Of a DNA stretch of 64,000 nucleotides, positions 9,323 to 19,515 are shown piece after piece. The notes under the pieces were generated by a model. That model searched no databases, was not told the origin of the DNA, and saw only the letters and a list, made by a program, of their open reading frames with translations. This stretch comes from Sedimentisphaerales bacterium. GTDB taxonomy: Bacteria > Planctomycetota > Phycisphaerae > Sedimentisphaerales > Anaerobacaceae. Made by a program: the position numbers and the translations under genes. The stretch covers positions 5,376,001-5,440,000 of the forward strand of contig OY970194.1 in assembly GCA_963708075.1 (NCBI GenBank), in the 5' to 3' direction. Numbering within the stretch: position 1 is the first letter of the stretch; each line of letters begins with the position of its first letter.

Positions 9323-9919
9323 ATGGACGCGAAAGAAAAGACCCTCGCCATTGCAGGCAGGAAAGGCATTCTGCGGGTCAAGGATCTGCGCGATGCAGGG
9401 ATTCACCCTGAGCATCTGCGTCGGCTCTGCAAAGCGGGCGCACTCGTGCGGGTGGGGCGCGGCCTCTATATGCCGGCGGATGCAGAGTATTCCACAGATG
9501 TCGGTCTTGCACTGGCGTCCAAGCGGGTGCCTCACGGGGTCATCTGCCTGCTGTCGGCGCTGCGGTTCCATGAGATCGGCACGGCGAATCCATTTGAAGT
9601 CTGGATCGCTCTGCGGCGGGACGTGCGCCGTCCGCACGTCGATTATCCACCGCTGCATGTCGTTCGGTTCTCCGGCGATGCCTTCAGCGCCGGTGTGGAG
9701 CATCATCGAATTGAGTCCGTCCCCATAAGCGTGTACAACCCCGCAAAGACGGTGGCCGACTGTTTCAAGTATCGAAACAAGATCGGCCTCGATGTGGCTG
9801 TTGAGGCACTGAGAGACTGTCTGCACAATGGCAAATGCACGCGGACCGAGCTCTGGCAGTATGCCAGGATATGCCGGGTGGCCAACGTGATGCGACCATA
9901 CATGGAGGCCCTGTCATGA
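9323..9919 (+). CDS. Type IV toxin-antitoxin antitoxin AbiEi
   Basis: N-terminal wHTH 'LVRVGRGLY'; 'ICLLSALRFH', 'AKTVADCFKYRNKIG'. Confidence 0.9.
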   Translation: MDAKEKTLAIAGRKGILRVKDLRDAGIHPEHLRRLCKAGALVRVGRGLYMPADAEYSTDVGLALASKRVPHGVICLLSALRFHEIGTANPFEVWIALRRDVRRPHVDYPPLHVVRFSGDAFSAGVEHHRIESVPISVYNPAKTVADCFKYRNKIGLDVAVEALRDCLHNGKCTRTELWQYARICRVANVMRPYMEALS

Positions 9920-10833
9920 CGGCCGAGCCGTCCCGTAGTCTCGCTCAATCGATTCATCAGCGGCTGCTGAATACGGCCAGAGAGCGGAAGGAAGATCCAA
10001 ACCTTGTCCTGATCCGCTATGCTCTGGAGAGATTCCTGTATCGCCTGGGGTGCTCGGTACATCGCGACCGGTTCATTCTGAAAGGAGCCATGCTTTTCGC
10101 CGCTTGGGGCGGTGAACCACACCGGCCGACACGTGATCTTGATCTTCTTGGAATCGGCGACGCTTCCGACGCAGCGCTGGCCGCGGCATTTGTTGAGATC
10201 ACACGCACCCAAGTAGAGCCGGACGGTCTGACGTTCGACAGCGCCAACATCAGCATCTCCGAGATCCGCGAGGCCCAGGACTATCCGGGTAAGCGGATCA
10301 AGCTTCCCGCTCGACTTGGCAATACCCGGCTAAACCTTCAGATCGATGTGGGCTTCGGGGATGCTGTCACGCCTGAGCCGGTCGAGATCGACTATCCTGC
10401 TTTGCTTGACCTGCCCGCTCCCCGCGTGAATGCGTACCCCTGTGAGACTGTCGTTGCCGAGAAGCTTCAGGTGCTCGTGGCGTTCGATATGGCCATCAGC
10501 AGGATGAAGGACTTCTACGATCTCTGGGTGATATCGAAGCAGTTCCGTTTCAAGGGAGCACTGCTGTCGCAAGCCTTGGAAGCGACATTCGAGCGCCGAG
10601 GCACCACCATCCCGACCGGTACGCCAACGGCTCTGACAGATGAGTTCGCCGCCGATCGCGCCAAACAGACGCAGTGGACGACGTTTTTGAAGCGCAGCGG
10701 CCTCACCGACGCGCCCGCCCGACTGTCCACCATAGTCCAAGAGTTGCGGAAGTTCCTCCTTGAGCCCCTGCAGGCCGCCGCCCGGAAAGGGACTTTCCCG
10801 AAGTCCTGGGATCATGGCGGCCCTTGGAGATGA
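9916..10833 (+). CDS. AbiEii/AbiGii nucleotidyltransferase toxin
   Basis: 'FILKGAML', 'RPTRDLDL', 'IDVGFGD', 'ETVVAEK', 'SRMKDFYDL'; ATGA overlap with the antitoxin. Confidence 0.9.
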   Translation: MTAEPSRSLAQSIHQRLLNTARERKEDPNLVLIRYALERFLYRLGCSVHRDRFILKGAMLFAAWGGEPHRPTRDLDLLGIGDASDAALAAAFVEITRTQVEPDGLTFDSANISISEIREAQDYPGKRIKLPARLGNTRLNLQIDVGFGDAVTPEPVEIDYPALLDLPAPRVNAYPCETVVAEKLQVLVAFDMAISRMKDFYDLWVISKQFRFKGALLSQALEATFERRGTTIPTGTPTALTDEFAADRAKQTQWTTFLKRSGLTDAPARLSTIVQELRKFLLEPLQAAARKGTFPKSWDHGGPWR

Positions 10834-10999
10834 CGAACGAAACTCATAGCAGGGGCGTGTCGTTCCGGATATGATTCCGGAATGAAACCAGGAAATCTGG
10901 CAGGATGGTGAACGTCGCATATCTTCAGAAGAACGAGTGGGACGGCAAGAATCACAAATTTCATGAATGGACATTGAAACTCAAATAGGGAAGGGCTGT

Positions 11000-12568
11000 A
11001 TGCAGATGATGTGTGTTGTGTTGGTGTCGGTGTTGTGCTGGGCGGCGGGGGGACAGTCGAAGGAATTGCCGGCGAAGCCGTCGGGGGAGTTTTTTCCCGT
11101 GAAGGCGCAGGCGCATCGGGGGGCCGGGTCGTTCAAGCGCGGGGAGCCGGTGGTGGGGACGTCGTATTTCTATTGGTATGACATCGACAGTAGGGCGCAT
11201 ATCGTCAATCATGATGGCACGGACGCGTTGACGACGCATCCGGCGGATATGGCGGGGATCAGCTATAAGAGCGTGGATTGGCATAAGCGGCAACTGCGGG
11301 ACATCATGGATGCGGGGGTTGATTTCCTGATGCCGGTGTACTGGGGCGTGCCGGGACGCTATGACGGGTGGAGCTTTGTGGGGTTGCCGCCGCTGGTCGA
11401 GGCGCACACGGGCTTGGAGAAGGAGGGACTCAAGCCGCCGGCCATTGGCATGTTCTATGATACCTCGATCCTGCAGCACAACGGGTACAACGCCGACGGG
11501 AGCAGTTATCACGTCGATACGACCACGGAGTTCGGCCGGGAGTGGTTCTACACGGCGATTCGCGACTTCTGGAGTCTGATTCCGCCGGCGAAGTGGGCCC
11601 GCGTGGACGGTCGGCCGATCATCTTTCTGTATGAGGCGGCGTTCGTGAAGCAGCAGGACCCGGAGCGGCAGTTCACGCACGTCAAGAAGCGGTTCCAGGA
11701 GGATTTCGGCGTCGAGCCGTTCCTCGTCAAGTCCAGCGGCTGGAGGGGCGAGGCCGACGCAACCTACTCCTGGGGCGGCGCGGTCAATGGGCCGATCATC
11801 TTCCGGGACGTGATCGCGCTGGGGCCGGGTTATGACCACAGCGCTGTGCCCGGCCGACAACCGCTGATTGTCGATCGCAGGGACGGCGGGACCTACATTG
11901 ACCGCTGGACGAAGGTCCTGCAACTCGATCCGAAGCGGCGGCCGTGGATGGTACACGTCGAGACGTGGAACGAGTGGCACGAGGGAACGGATACCGCGAA
12001 CTCGCGCGAATACGGGCGAGCGTATATTGTGCTGACGAAGCTCTTCTCGGAGATGTGGCACGGCGGGACGCACCTGCGATTTGCGTCGAGCTACGTGAAC
12101 GCGGACCGGGTGAGTTGGGAGCCGGGCAAGGCCGCGGGGCTGGACCTTGCGCCGAACGGCGGCGACGGGTACTGGCAGTTGCGGACGCTCGATGGCGTGC
12201 GGGCTGCCGTATCCACGGCGAATCCGCACTCGCCGACAAGCCGGTACCTCTACTTCAATGTTGACGATGCCTTCGCCTACAGCCTGCTTGACACGGCGGT
12301 CGTCCTGAGCGTCACATATCGGGACGCCGGTTGCTCCGAGTTCCGTGTCGAGTACGACAGCACCGTCAATGAGGGTCCGCTCGACGGCGCCTTCCGCCCG
12401 GCGGGCAACGTCACCATCGCCGGCACGGGGCAGTGGAAGACAGTCGAGTTCAAGCTCTCCGAGCCTCGTTTTATGAACCGCGCCAACGGATCGGACTTTC
12501 GTCTGGCCGTGGTCGGCGGTGACATGGAGCTGGCCGTGCGCCGAGCTGAGCTGCGAAAAGCCGAATAG
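11000..12568 (+). CDS. Secreted DUF5010/GH99-like glycoside hydrolase
   Basis: Signal peptide; 'TSYFYWY', 'VDGRPIIFLY', 'GPGYDHS', 'VETWNEWHEGT'. Confidence 0.7.
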   Translation: MQMMCVVLVSVLCWAAGGQSKELPAKPSGEFFPVKAQAHRGAGSFKRGEPVVGTSYFYWYDIDSRAHIVNHDGTDALTTHPADMAGISYKSVDWHKRQLRDIMDAGVDFLMPVYWGVPGRYDGWSFVGLPPLVEAHTGLEKEGLKPPAIGMFYDTSILQHNGYNADGSSYHVDTTTEFGREWFYTAIRDFWSLIPPAKWARVDGRPIIFLYEAAFVKQQDPERQFTHVKKRFQEDFGVEPFLVKSSGWRGEADATYSWGGAVNGPIIFRDVIALGPGYDHSAVPGRQPLIVDRRDGGTYIDRWTKVLQLDPKRRPWMVHVETWNEWHEGTDTANSREYGRAYIVLTKLFSEMWHGGTHLRFASSYVNADRVSWEPGKAAGLDLAPNGGDGYWQLRTLDGVRAAVSTANPHSPTSRYLYFNVDDAFAYSLLDTAVVLSVTYRDAGCSEFRVEYDSTVNEGPLDGAFRPAGNVTIAGTGQWKTVEFKLSEPRFMNRANGSDFRLAVVGGDMELAVRRAELRKAE

Positions 12569-12573
12569 CATCA

Positions 12574-12679
12574 ATTACGACTGAGTATTCTATATCTCCG
12601 GGTGGCAGCGGCAAGGCCGAAGGCTTTGCCGATGGCGAATGGGCAAACCATCGGCAAGCTGCGCTTGACGCTGCCACCC
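12574..12679 (+). repeat. Palindromic dispersed repeat family D (GGGTGGCAGCGGCAAG...CTTGCCGCTGCCACCC)
   Basis: Full copies with cores at 12600-12679, 23875-23954, 56097-56177 and 45595-45688 (variant, inverted); partial copies at 22681-22698 and 33704-33717. Confidence 0.9.
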
Positions 12680-12739
12680 GAAACGCAAAGAGTTGGGATG
12701 CTGCAAACGAGTTTGCCCGTGCCGCCCTTTGTTGTGCTT

Positions 12740-13270
12740 CTACCGTTTGGAACGGGCTGGTGATTCGGCGAGGGCAGTGACTTCGATTCCTGTGGGGTTG
12801 CTGACGACCTCGACGCCCTCAAACACAAAGGCCACCTGGATAGTGTGGCGGCCGGTGGGCAAGGGGCCGCAGATCGCCTGGGGCAATGTCACGGACAGAT
12901 CCGGGAACTCGACCTTGGGCGCGAGCGGCCACACCCGACACGGCGCGGGTGCAGGAGTCGGCCAGCGGTACCAGTGGCCATCTACGGAGAAGCCGTGCAG
13001 CGGGACATCGGGGCTGCGGGTGAAGGCGAAGATACGCGTTCCGTGGTTTCGCAGGTCGAGCTTGAACGCAGGTGGCTCGCCGGCCTGCCAGATACGTTTC
13101 ACGGGTCGCAGCCGGCACTGCAATCCCTCGGCTTGCGCACCCCATGTCGGTGCGGCCCAAGCCAGGCTCTCAGCCTGCCCGGTCGAGAGGACAGTGTGCG
13201 AGCCACAACCTGGGCAAAGCACACTAAATGAGCCCACCATCAACACGGCGACGCATCTCACGTTTATCAT
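12740..13270 (-). CDS. Hypothetical exported protein or lipoprotein
   Basis: 176-aa ORF with a hydrophobic N-terminus and lipobox-like 'CPGC'. Confidence 0.6.
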   Translation of the reverse strand: MINVRCVAVLMVGSFSVLCPGCGSHTVLSTGQAESLAWAAPTWGAQAEGLQCRLRPVKRIWQAGEPPAFKLDLRNHGTRIFAFTRSPDVPLHGFSVDGHWYRWPTPAPAPCRVWPLAPKVEFPDLSVTLPQAICGPLPTGRHTIQVAFVFEGVEVVSNPTGIEVTALAESPARSKR

Positions 13271-13778
13271 AAGTACCGGCCCCTGACCATGAACCCCTGT
13301 GACGGCAAGCCATTATACGCAAAGGAGATACCGACGCCAGCCCTTCGCGCCCGTACTGCCCGAAATCATGTGGGCGCACCTCGTGAGAAGACAGCAAAAC
13401 CAACTCCGGGGCCACTCCGCACCGGTTATCCACTATGCGTCCTCAAGCGTGCCGGGGACATCGAAAGCATGGGTAAGATGGGGGAATTCAACAATCCCGC
13501 TGCAATCCATTCCACAGCGTTGTCTGCACATATGGCAATGTCGTAAAGGCTTTGCCAGGAGGCATTTACGAATGCGGCGAGAACGTCCGTGCCGCCGTAT
13601 GCCGGAACCCGCCGGCTTGTGTGGACAGCCACAATGCCCCGGGTGCCGCCCAAGGCCGGCATATCGCAAGTTCTTAACATGTTATGCACATCGCATGATG
13701 CCGGCTTCGGGGCTGCTCCCGGGCGGGATGCGGTCGGAATGCGGTGGCGGCGTGTAGCCGACGTGTGCGGACCGACCC

Positions 13779-14110
13779 TCTTTCGTCCCTTACGGGACTG
13801 ACTTTTATCCCTGGCCCCGGTTCCCCAGCGATGAATCGCTGGGCTATTCTCTATCGCCCTGCGGGCTTGTACTGCGCCATGGCTGAGCTTGGTGGTCCTG
13901 TCAAATTGAAGGCTATTCTCTATCGCCCTTCGAGCCTGGACTGCGCCCCAGTGCTCTTGCGTCGGCCCATCCGCCCCACAGGGGCGATCGACACTAGCCC
14001 ACCGTTTCAACGGGTGGGTACCGATAGCCAATCCTATCCCAAAGCCCCGCAGGGGCGACAGAGGACCGGGGTGCGCTCTTTTGTCGGGGGAATCGGAATC
14101 CGCCACCGTA
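13779..14110. repeat. REP/BIME-like mosaic, smaller copy of the 22.7-24.0 kb cluster
   Basis: Modules 'TCGTCCCTTACGGGACT', 'CCCAGCGATGAATCGCTGGG', 'TATCGCCCTGCGGGCT', 'CCCACCGTTTCAACGG', 'GAATCCGCCACC' occur in the same order as at 23068-23466. Confidence 0.9.
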
Positions 14111-14264
14111 CGCCAGCCGCACCCCACGGGCGGGTGCGCAGGAAATTCTTTTTGCCTTGCCGCCGGGATTGTCGTCGTAGAGCCGATAATCAACGGCGTC
14201 TCGTGGGCACAAGTGGCGTTCTCCGAAACGTTGCGTCGACAAGCTGTCCATTCGCCCAAATCTC

Positions 14265-14293
14265 TTGACTTTCTCTCGCCAATCGAATACACT
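14265..14293 (+). promoter_or_regulatory. Putative sigma70 promoter upstream of the PEP-CTERM genes
   Basis: TTGACT 14265-14270, 17 bp, TACACT 14288-14293. Confidence 0.55.
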
Positions 14294-14680
14294 TACTTTT
14301 GTAAATCGTGCCATGTGCGACGATTTCAAATGGGGGGTGCTGAGGATTCACTTCTTCGGGCACTCAAAAGTAGAGTAGGTTGGTGGCTTGGTGGTTCAGC
14401 CTTTGGGGGGCGTTTCATCGCAAGTCATCCATGGGGGGTGCAGAGTCGGCGAGGGCCGGCGAATCTGACACCAAAGCCGGTGCTGCCGGCGTATCTCGAT
14501 CTGGCGTAGCGTGCAGGGTTGCCACACAGACAGTACACTCGGACGGAGCCTCGCCGGGACGAACGACAGCCGCACCACATGAACTGATCCACCGCGTACG
14601 GACACACCTGAACAGGTATTGAAGACGGCAATGCTCGTCGTGCAGCCTCACGGCGCCGGCGGGGAATTTCCGGAGGTGTG

Positions 14681-15463
14681 ATGATCATGAGAAGACGAAG
14701 AACAGCAATCCTTCTTACAGCCCTGGCCATCGCCGGCTTGTCCCTGGGAACTCAGGCGGCCCGCGCCAACACGGTGGACATCGTCCATGACGGCCACGGC
14801 GCCGGCGGCACCCTCTTGTTCACGGGCGCCGGATATGACTTCTTTGACTTCGCGGAAGCCAACGCCGGCGTGTACATGCTGAACAAGACCGCGGATAGCG
14901 GAATTGGAAACACCTGGCCCAACGCCCTCATCCCCGGCTTCTGCATCGAGTTGCAGGAGCCCGCTCCGACGAGCACGTACACCTACCAGGTGATGATGCC
15001 GGAGGACGCGTACAACAGCGTCACCGGGCAGACCCTGGGGACGACCAGGGCGAACTATGTCCGGGAATTGTGGGCCAAGTACTACGACAATTCATGGGGT
15101 ACCAGCGGCGCGCACACCGCCGGGCAGAATGCGGCGGCGGAGGCCTTCGCGGCGGCGATCTGGGAGATCGTCTACGAGGACCTGCCCGCCTCGCCCCTGG
15201 GCTGGGACATCAGTGTCGACGGCACGCTGGGCAGCGGGGGATTCCGTGCCGAGGAACTGGACACGACCACGGCCAACACGTGGCTCCATAGCCTGGTGGG
15301 CAGCGGCCCCAAGGCCGACTTGCGGATCTTCGTCAACCAGGGGCAGCAGGACTACCTCGTCGCAGTGCCGGAGCCGGCCACCGTGTTGCTGCTCGGACTC
15401 GGCGGACTGCTGAGCCTCATGGGGGGCCGGCGCAGCCGAGCGTCAAGACTCATAGAGAGATAG
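14681..15463 (+). CDS. PEP-CTERM sorting-domain protein
   Basis: Signal peptide; 'FCIEL' and 'AAIWEIVYE' motifs; C-terminal 'VPEPATVLLLGLGGLL...RRSR'. Confidence 0.9.
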   Translation: MIMRRRRTAILLTALAIAGLSLGTQAARANTVDIVHDGHGAGGTLLFTGAGYDFFDFAEANAGVYMLNKTADSGIGNTWPNALIPGFCIELQEPAPTSTYTYQVMMPEDAYNSVTGQTLGTTRANYVRELWAKYYDNSWGTSGAHTAGQNAAAEAFAAAIWEIVYEDLPASPLGWDISVDGTLGSGGFRAEELDTTTANTWLHSLVGSGPKADLRIFVNQGQQDYLVAVPEPATVLLLGLGGLLSLMGGRRSRASRLIER

Positions 15464-15507
15464 TTCAGAGGCAGGCAAACGAAACTCGTTGACATAGGAG
15501 AGAGAAC

Positions 15508-16182
15508 ATGAACAGGTCCATCAGCTTCGCAGCAGCACTGATCGCCGTACTCGCGGCTCCAATATTCGCCGACACGGTGCCTCAGCGGGTCGTCGAGTTC
15601 AGCCCGCCCTCGGACACCGCCGGACAGTGGCACTATAACGGGGCAGGCATCCTCAGCTTCGATCAGAACATCACCATCGACAGCGGGCTGAACAGCAACT
15701 ACGACGCCCTGGTCGGGGCCCACGTCTACCTGCCGACGTTCCAGATCGGCGGGATTCCGAATGCCCCGTACACACTGACGCCGCTGGGCAATTCGACGAT
15801 CGCGATCAAGAGCGCCGACGAGAGCGTGACGTACATGACGGGCACGCTGGGTATGGGCGACCTGGGCACGATCGGCACGGTAGCGGGCGGCTACACGGCG
15901 TTCCAGGCCGACATTCAGAACCTGTTCATCACTCACGAGGGCACGATGCTGGGCTCGGCGGCGCTGGCCCTTCTGACCCAGATGCAAAACCCCTCGCTCG
16001 ATTTTGAGCTGTCACTGCAAGGCGGCAGTGGGCCGGGCTACTTCACCTTCGCCCAGATGCTGGACGGCGGTCATGGTGGCAGCGGCGGATTCAGTGGAGC
16101 GATGTCCGTGCCCGAACCGGCCACGGTTGCTCTGCTCGCACTCGGCGGCCTTGCCTTACTCCGCAAGCGCCGTATCCAATAG
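15508..16182 (+). CDS. PEP-CTERM sorting-domain protein
   Basis: RBS AGGAG; signal peptide; C-terminal 'VPEPATVALLALGGLALLRKRR'. Confidence 0.92.
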   Translation: MNRSISFAAALIAVLAAPIFADTVPQRVVEFSPPSDTAGQWHYNGAGILSFDQNITIDSGLNSNYDALVGAHVYLPTFQIGGIPNAPYTLTPLGNSTIAIKSADESVTYMTGTLGMGDLGTIGTVAGGYTAFQADIQNLFITHEGTMLGSAALALLTQMQNPSLDFELSLQGGSGPGYFTFAQMLDGGHGGSGGFSGAMSVPEPATVALLALGGLALLRKRRIQ

Positions 16183-16210
16183 AACTTAAGCCCCCCCTTA
16201 CCTTGGAAGA

Positions 16211-16246
16211 CGGGCCGCGGACCTTTCCGCGGCCCGTACGCCTTTT
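16211..16246 (+). terminator. Probable intrinsic terminator
   Basis: CGGGCCGCGGA-cctt-TCCGCGGCCCG hairpin (16211-16236) with a short T-run nearby. Confidence 0.55.
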
Positions 16247-16492
16247 CCGCACACCGCACCAGCGCAACCACTCCCCTTCGCCCGCGCATCGTCATCCCCA
16301 TAGCCGATCGTCTGTTCCGTGGCGATCTTGAACGCGCGATTACGCCGCTTCCCGGCGAACAGAGGGGGCTCGCGGATCGTGTATATGTTGAGGCAGCTTA
16401 CCGGAGACTTCTTAATCCAATGGGGTTCAGCAGAAGGACGAGAACGTGAGCACATCTGGACGGGATGCCTCGGTTCTATAGAGGCTTGCAAT

Positions 16493-19303
16493 ATGCGGAA
16501 GAGCCCGAGCACCAGGAAAAGCGAATTGGCTCGCGGCCGGGCACAATCAAATTGCGAGGCTGAAGGGCACGCAATTTCATTTCAGGCCCTGATCGAGAGC
16601 TTCACGGACGGCTTTATCGTCCTTGACAATGACTATCGCTGCACGTACGCCAACGTTGCGGCGGCGACATTCCTGAGAACCACACCCGACGAACTTATCG
16701 GCCGGATCTTCTGGGATGCGATTGCACCATGGCGGTCTTCGCAGCTTCATGAGCAGATTACCCGCGCCGCCGAGCAAAAGGTGTCCGTGAAGTTCGAGGA
16801 GTACTGCGAGGTATGCGGGCACTGGTACGAATGGCGCTGCTATCCGACCGACAACGGCATGACCATCTTCTTTGACGATGCCACCGAACATAAACAAGTC
16901 GAGGAGCAGGTCGTCCAATCCGAACAGCAGTACCGTCTTCTCTTTGAGACCATGCCTCAGGGCGTGGTTTACCAGGATAACGAGGGGAAGATCATCTCCA
17001 TGAACCCCGCGGCCGAGCGAATTCTGGGCAGGGCACCGGCCGAGTTGCTGGGCCGAACGTCCGCCGACGAGGAATTCCACACGATTCATGAAGACGGCTC
17101 CCCTTTCCTCAGTGTGGAGTATCCCACGACGGTCGCGCTGCAGACGGGGCAGGAAGTGCGGAACGTGGTCATGGGGATATACAACCCGCGGGAACAGGCA
17201 TACCGCTGGATCAGCATCACCGCCGTACCCCTGATCCGGCCGGGAGAGGAAAAGCCTTACCAGGTGTATGAACACTTCCGCGACATCACGGAGCTGCGGC
17301 AGACCGAGAAAGCCTTGCGGCACAGCGAGCGCCGCTTTCGCAAGCTCTTTGAGGGAGAGTTGATGGGGATCTTCATCACCACACCGGATGGGACGTTCCT
17401 CGACTGCAATGATGCGCTGGTGAAGATGCTGGGGTACGATTCGCGGGAGGAGGTCTTGTCCCACCGGTCCTCGGACTTCTACGTGGATCTGGAGTTTCGC
17501 CAGGAGGCGGTCCACATGCTGCAAACGGAGGGAATCTACCTGGGCAAGGAAGGACGTGTCTGGCGAAAGGATGGGTCGATCGCGCATCTGCTCGGGGCCG
17601 CCGTTCTTCTCAAGGATGAGGAGACGGGCGAGCCGTATATTCAGGGAATCGCAGTCGATATCACCGAGCGCAGGCGCGCCGAGGACGCTCTGCGGGATAG
17701 CGAGGAGCGGTACAGGAAGCTATTTGAATCGAATCTCGCCGGCGTCTACCTCACCAAGCTCGATGGAACGATTCTTGATTTCAATGATGCGATGATGAGG
17801 ATGCTGGGGTATGACACGCGCGAAGAGGTGTTTCAGCACAAATCAACGGATTTCTACGCCGACCCCGAGTTCCGCAAGGAGCTGATCTATCTGCTGCACA
17901 GAGACGGCATCGTCCCCGGCAAGGAAGCCCGCCTGCAGAGGAAGGACGGGACACTGTTGTACACCATCGGGGCCGGCACTCTGCTCATCAACGAACGAAC
18001 CGGGGAGCGATACATCCAGGGAGTGGCGGTCGATATCACAGATCGCAGGCGGGCGGAGGAGGCACTGCGGCAGTTGAACAACCGTCTGGAGGAGGAAGTT
18101 CAGGCGAGGACCGAAGAGTTGAGCAGCGCGGTCGAACGACTGCAGGATGAGGCCGCCCGTCGCATGCTGGCGGAAGGCCAGGTCCGCGAGCACTCGGAGA
18201 TGCTGGAGGATCGGACCCGGCAGCTCCAGAGACTCATGCTGGAGTTGACGCAGGCGGAGGACCGGGAGCGAAAGCGCGTGGCGGAGATCCTCCACGACGA
18301 TCTGCAGCAGGTCCTGGCGGCGGCGAAGTTCCACCTGGGCCTCCTGGACAGCGAGTTCCGAAGCCCCGAGGAATCGCGGCAGATCACCCGGCAGGTGAAA
18401 CAGATGCTCAAGGACGCCATTGAGAAATCGCGGAGTCTGTCGCACGAGCTCAGTCCGGCCGTGCTCTACCAGAGCGATCTGGACGATACATTCACCTGGC
18501 TGGCCCGTCAGATCCACGACAAGTACGGCCTGGCGGTCCATCTGGATATCCGTGGTCCCGTCGCTCTGCAATCGGAGCCGTTGAGGGCCTTACTGTACAA
18601 GGCGACCCAGGAGCTGCTGTTCAACGTGGTCAAGCATGCGCGGGCCAACGAGGCGTGGATTCGCCTGCGGCGCCTGGGGGGATACATCTGCCTGTCGGTT
18701 TCCGACAAGGGGCGCGGGTTCGATCCGGAGCAACTGCGGGAAGTCGTCGGCTTCGGCTTGTTGAGTATTCGAGAGCGAGTCGGGCTGCTCGGCGGCCGGA
18801 TGAAGATCAAAAGCACGAAAGGCAAGGGCAGCACATTCCATATCGTGGTGCCTTGCGGCGAGTTGGCCGCCAAAGGCATGGAGATCGGGCAGCCGCCGGA
18901 GGACCGTGCGGAGGCGGAGGGCCGGGCGCAAGGTGAGGGCGATGGTCGGCTGCGAGTGTTGCTGGTGGACGATCACGAGATCGTGCGGCAGGGTATGGCA
19001 TCGCTGCTCAGCGAGCAGTCCAACATCGAGATCGTCGGACAGGCGTCCAACGGCCGCGAAGCGGTCAATCTCACGTTTGAGCTTCGGCCGAACGTGGTGA
19101 TCATGGATGTGTCCATGCCCCTGATGAATGGAGACGAAGCCACGCGTCAGATCAAACGGAATGTGCCCGGAACGCGAGTCGTCGCGCTTTCCATGTATGA
19201 TGAGGCCGAGACGATTGAGAGGATGCACGAAGCTGGAGCCGAGAGTTACGTCCTCAAAACCGCCCCCTCCGAGGAGCTGCTCGCCGCCATCCGGGGCAAG
19301 TAG
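16493..19303 (+). CDS. Cytoplasmic hybrid sensor kinase: 4x PAS, HisKA_3, HATPase, receiver
   Basis: Repeated 'DITE/DITD' PAC ends; H-box 'EILHDDLQQ'; 'NVVKHA', 'DKGRGF', 'GFGL'; receiver 'LLVDDH...IMDVSMP...YVLK'. Start codon uncertain. Confidence 0.9.
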   Translation: MRKSPSTRKSELARGRAQSNCEAEGHAISFQALIESFTDGFIVLDNDYRCTYANVAAATFLRTTPDELIGRIFWDAIAPWRSSQLHEQITRAAEQKVSVKFEEYCEVCGHWYEWRCYPTDNGMTIFFDDATEHKQVEEQVVQSEQQYRLLFETMPQGVVYQDNEGKIISMNPAAERILGRAPAELLGRTSADEEFHTIHEDGSPFLSVEYPTTVALQTGQEVRNVVMGIYNPREQAYRWISITAVPLIRPGEEKPYQVYEHFRDITELRQTEKALRHSERRFRKLFEGELMGIFITTPDGTFLDCNDALVKMLGYDSREEVLSHRSSDFYVDLEFRQEAVHMLQTEGIYLGKEGRVWRKDGSIAHLLGAAVLLKDEETGEPYIQGIAVDITERRRAEDALRDSEERYRKLFESNLAGVYLTKLDGTILDFNDAMMRMLGYDTREEVFQHKSTDFYADPEFRKELIYLLHRDGIVPGKEARLQRKDGTLLYTIGAGTLLINERTGERYIQGVAVDITDRRRAEEALRQLNNRLEEEVQARTEELSSAVERLQDEAARRMLAEGQVREHSEMLEDRTRQLQRLMLELTQAEDRERKRVAEILHDDLQQVLAAAKFHLGLLDSEFRSPEESRQITRQVKQMLKDAIEKSRSLSHELSPAVLYQSDLDDTFTWLARQIHDKYGLAVHLDIRGPVALQSEPLRALLYKATQELLFNVVKHARANEAWIRLRRLGGYICLSVSDKGRGFDPEQLREVVGFGLLSIRERVGLLGGRMKIKSTKGKGSTFHIVVPCGELAAKGMEIGQPPEDRAEAEGRAQGEGDGRLRVLLVDDHEIVRQGMASLLSEQSNIEIVGQASNGREAVNLTFELRPNVVIMDVSMPLMNGDEATRQIKRNVPGTRVVALSMYDEAETIERMHEAGAESYVLKTAPSEELLAAIRGK

Positions 19304-19515
19304 TCAAGCGGATAGAGGGGATTCGGCACCGATATTATCGGACATGTCGTGCGCAATCATCTCTCGAGGTGAACAAAGGCGGCTCGCAAGTCGTGTCCTA
19401 GGAAGAGAGGCTAGCTTGACGTGCATTCTTCGATGGGATAATCTCATGGAAGGAGTACACGAGGCTGGCAGCGTATTGAGGCAGAGTACCTATTCAGGGT
19501 GCGGGGATGTGTGCG

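Noticed and set aside
13289..14730. Many short ORFs in this intergenic region and in 22600-24007
   Set aside because: They translate repeat DNA (for example the recurring 'SPAMNRWAILYRP') and lack RBS or domain support.
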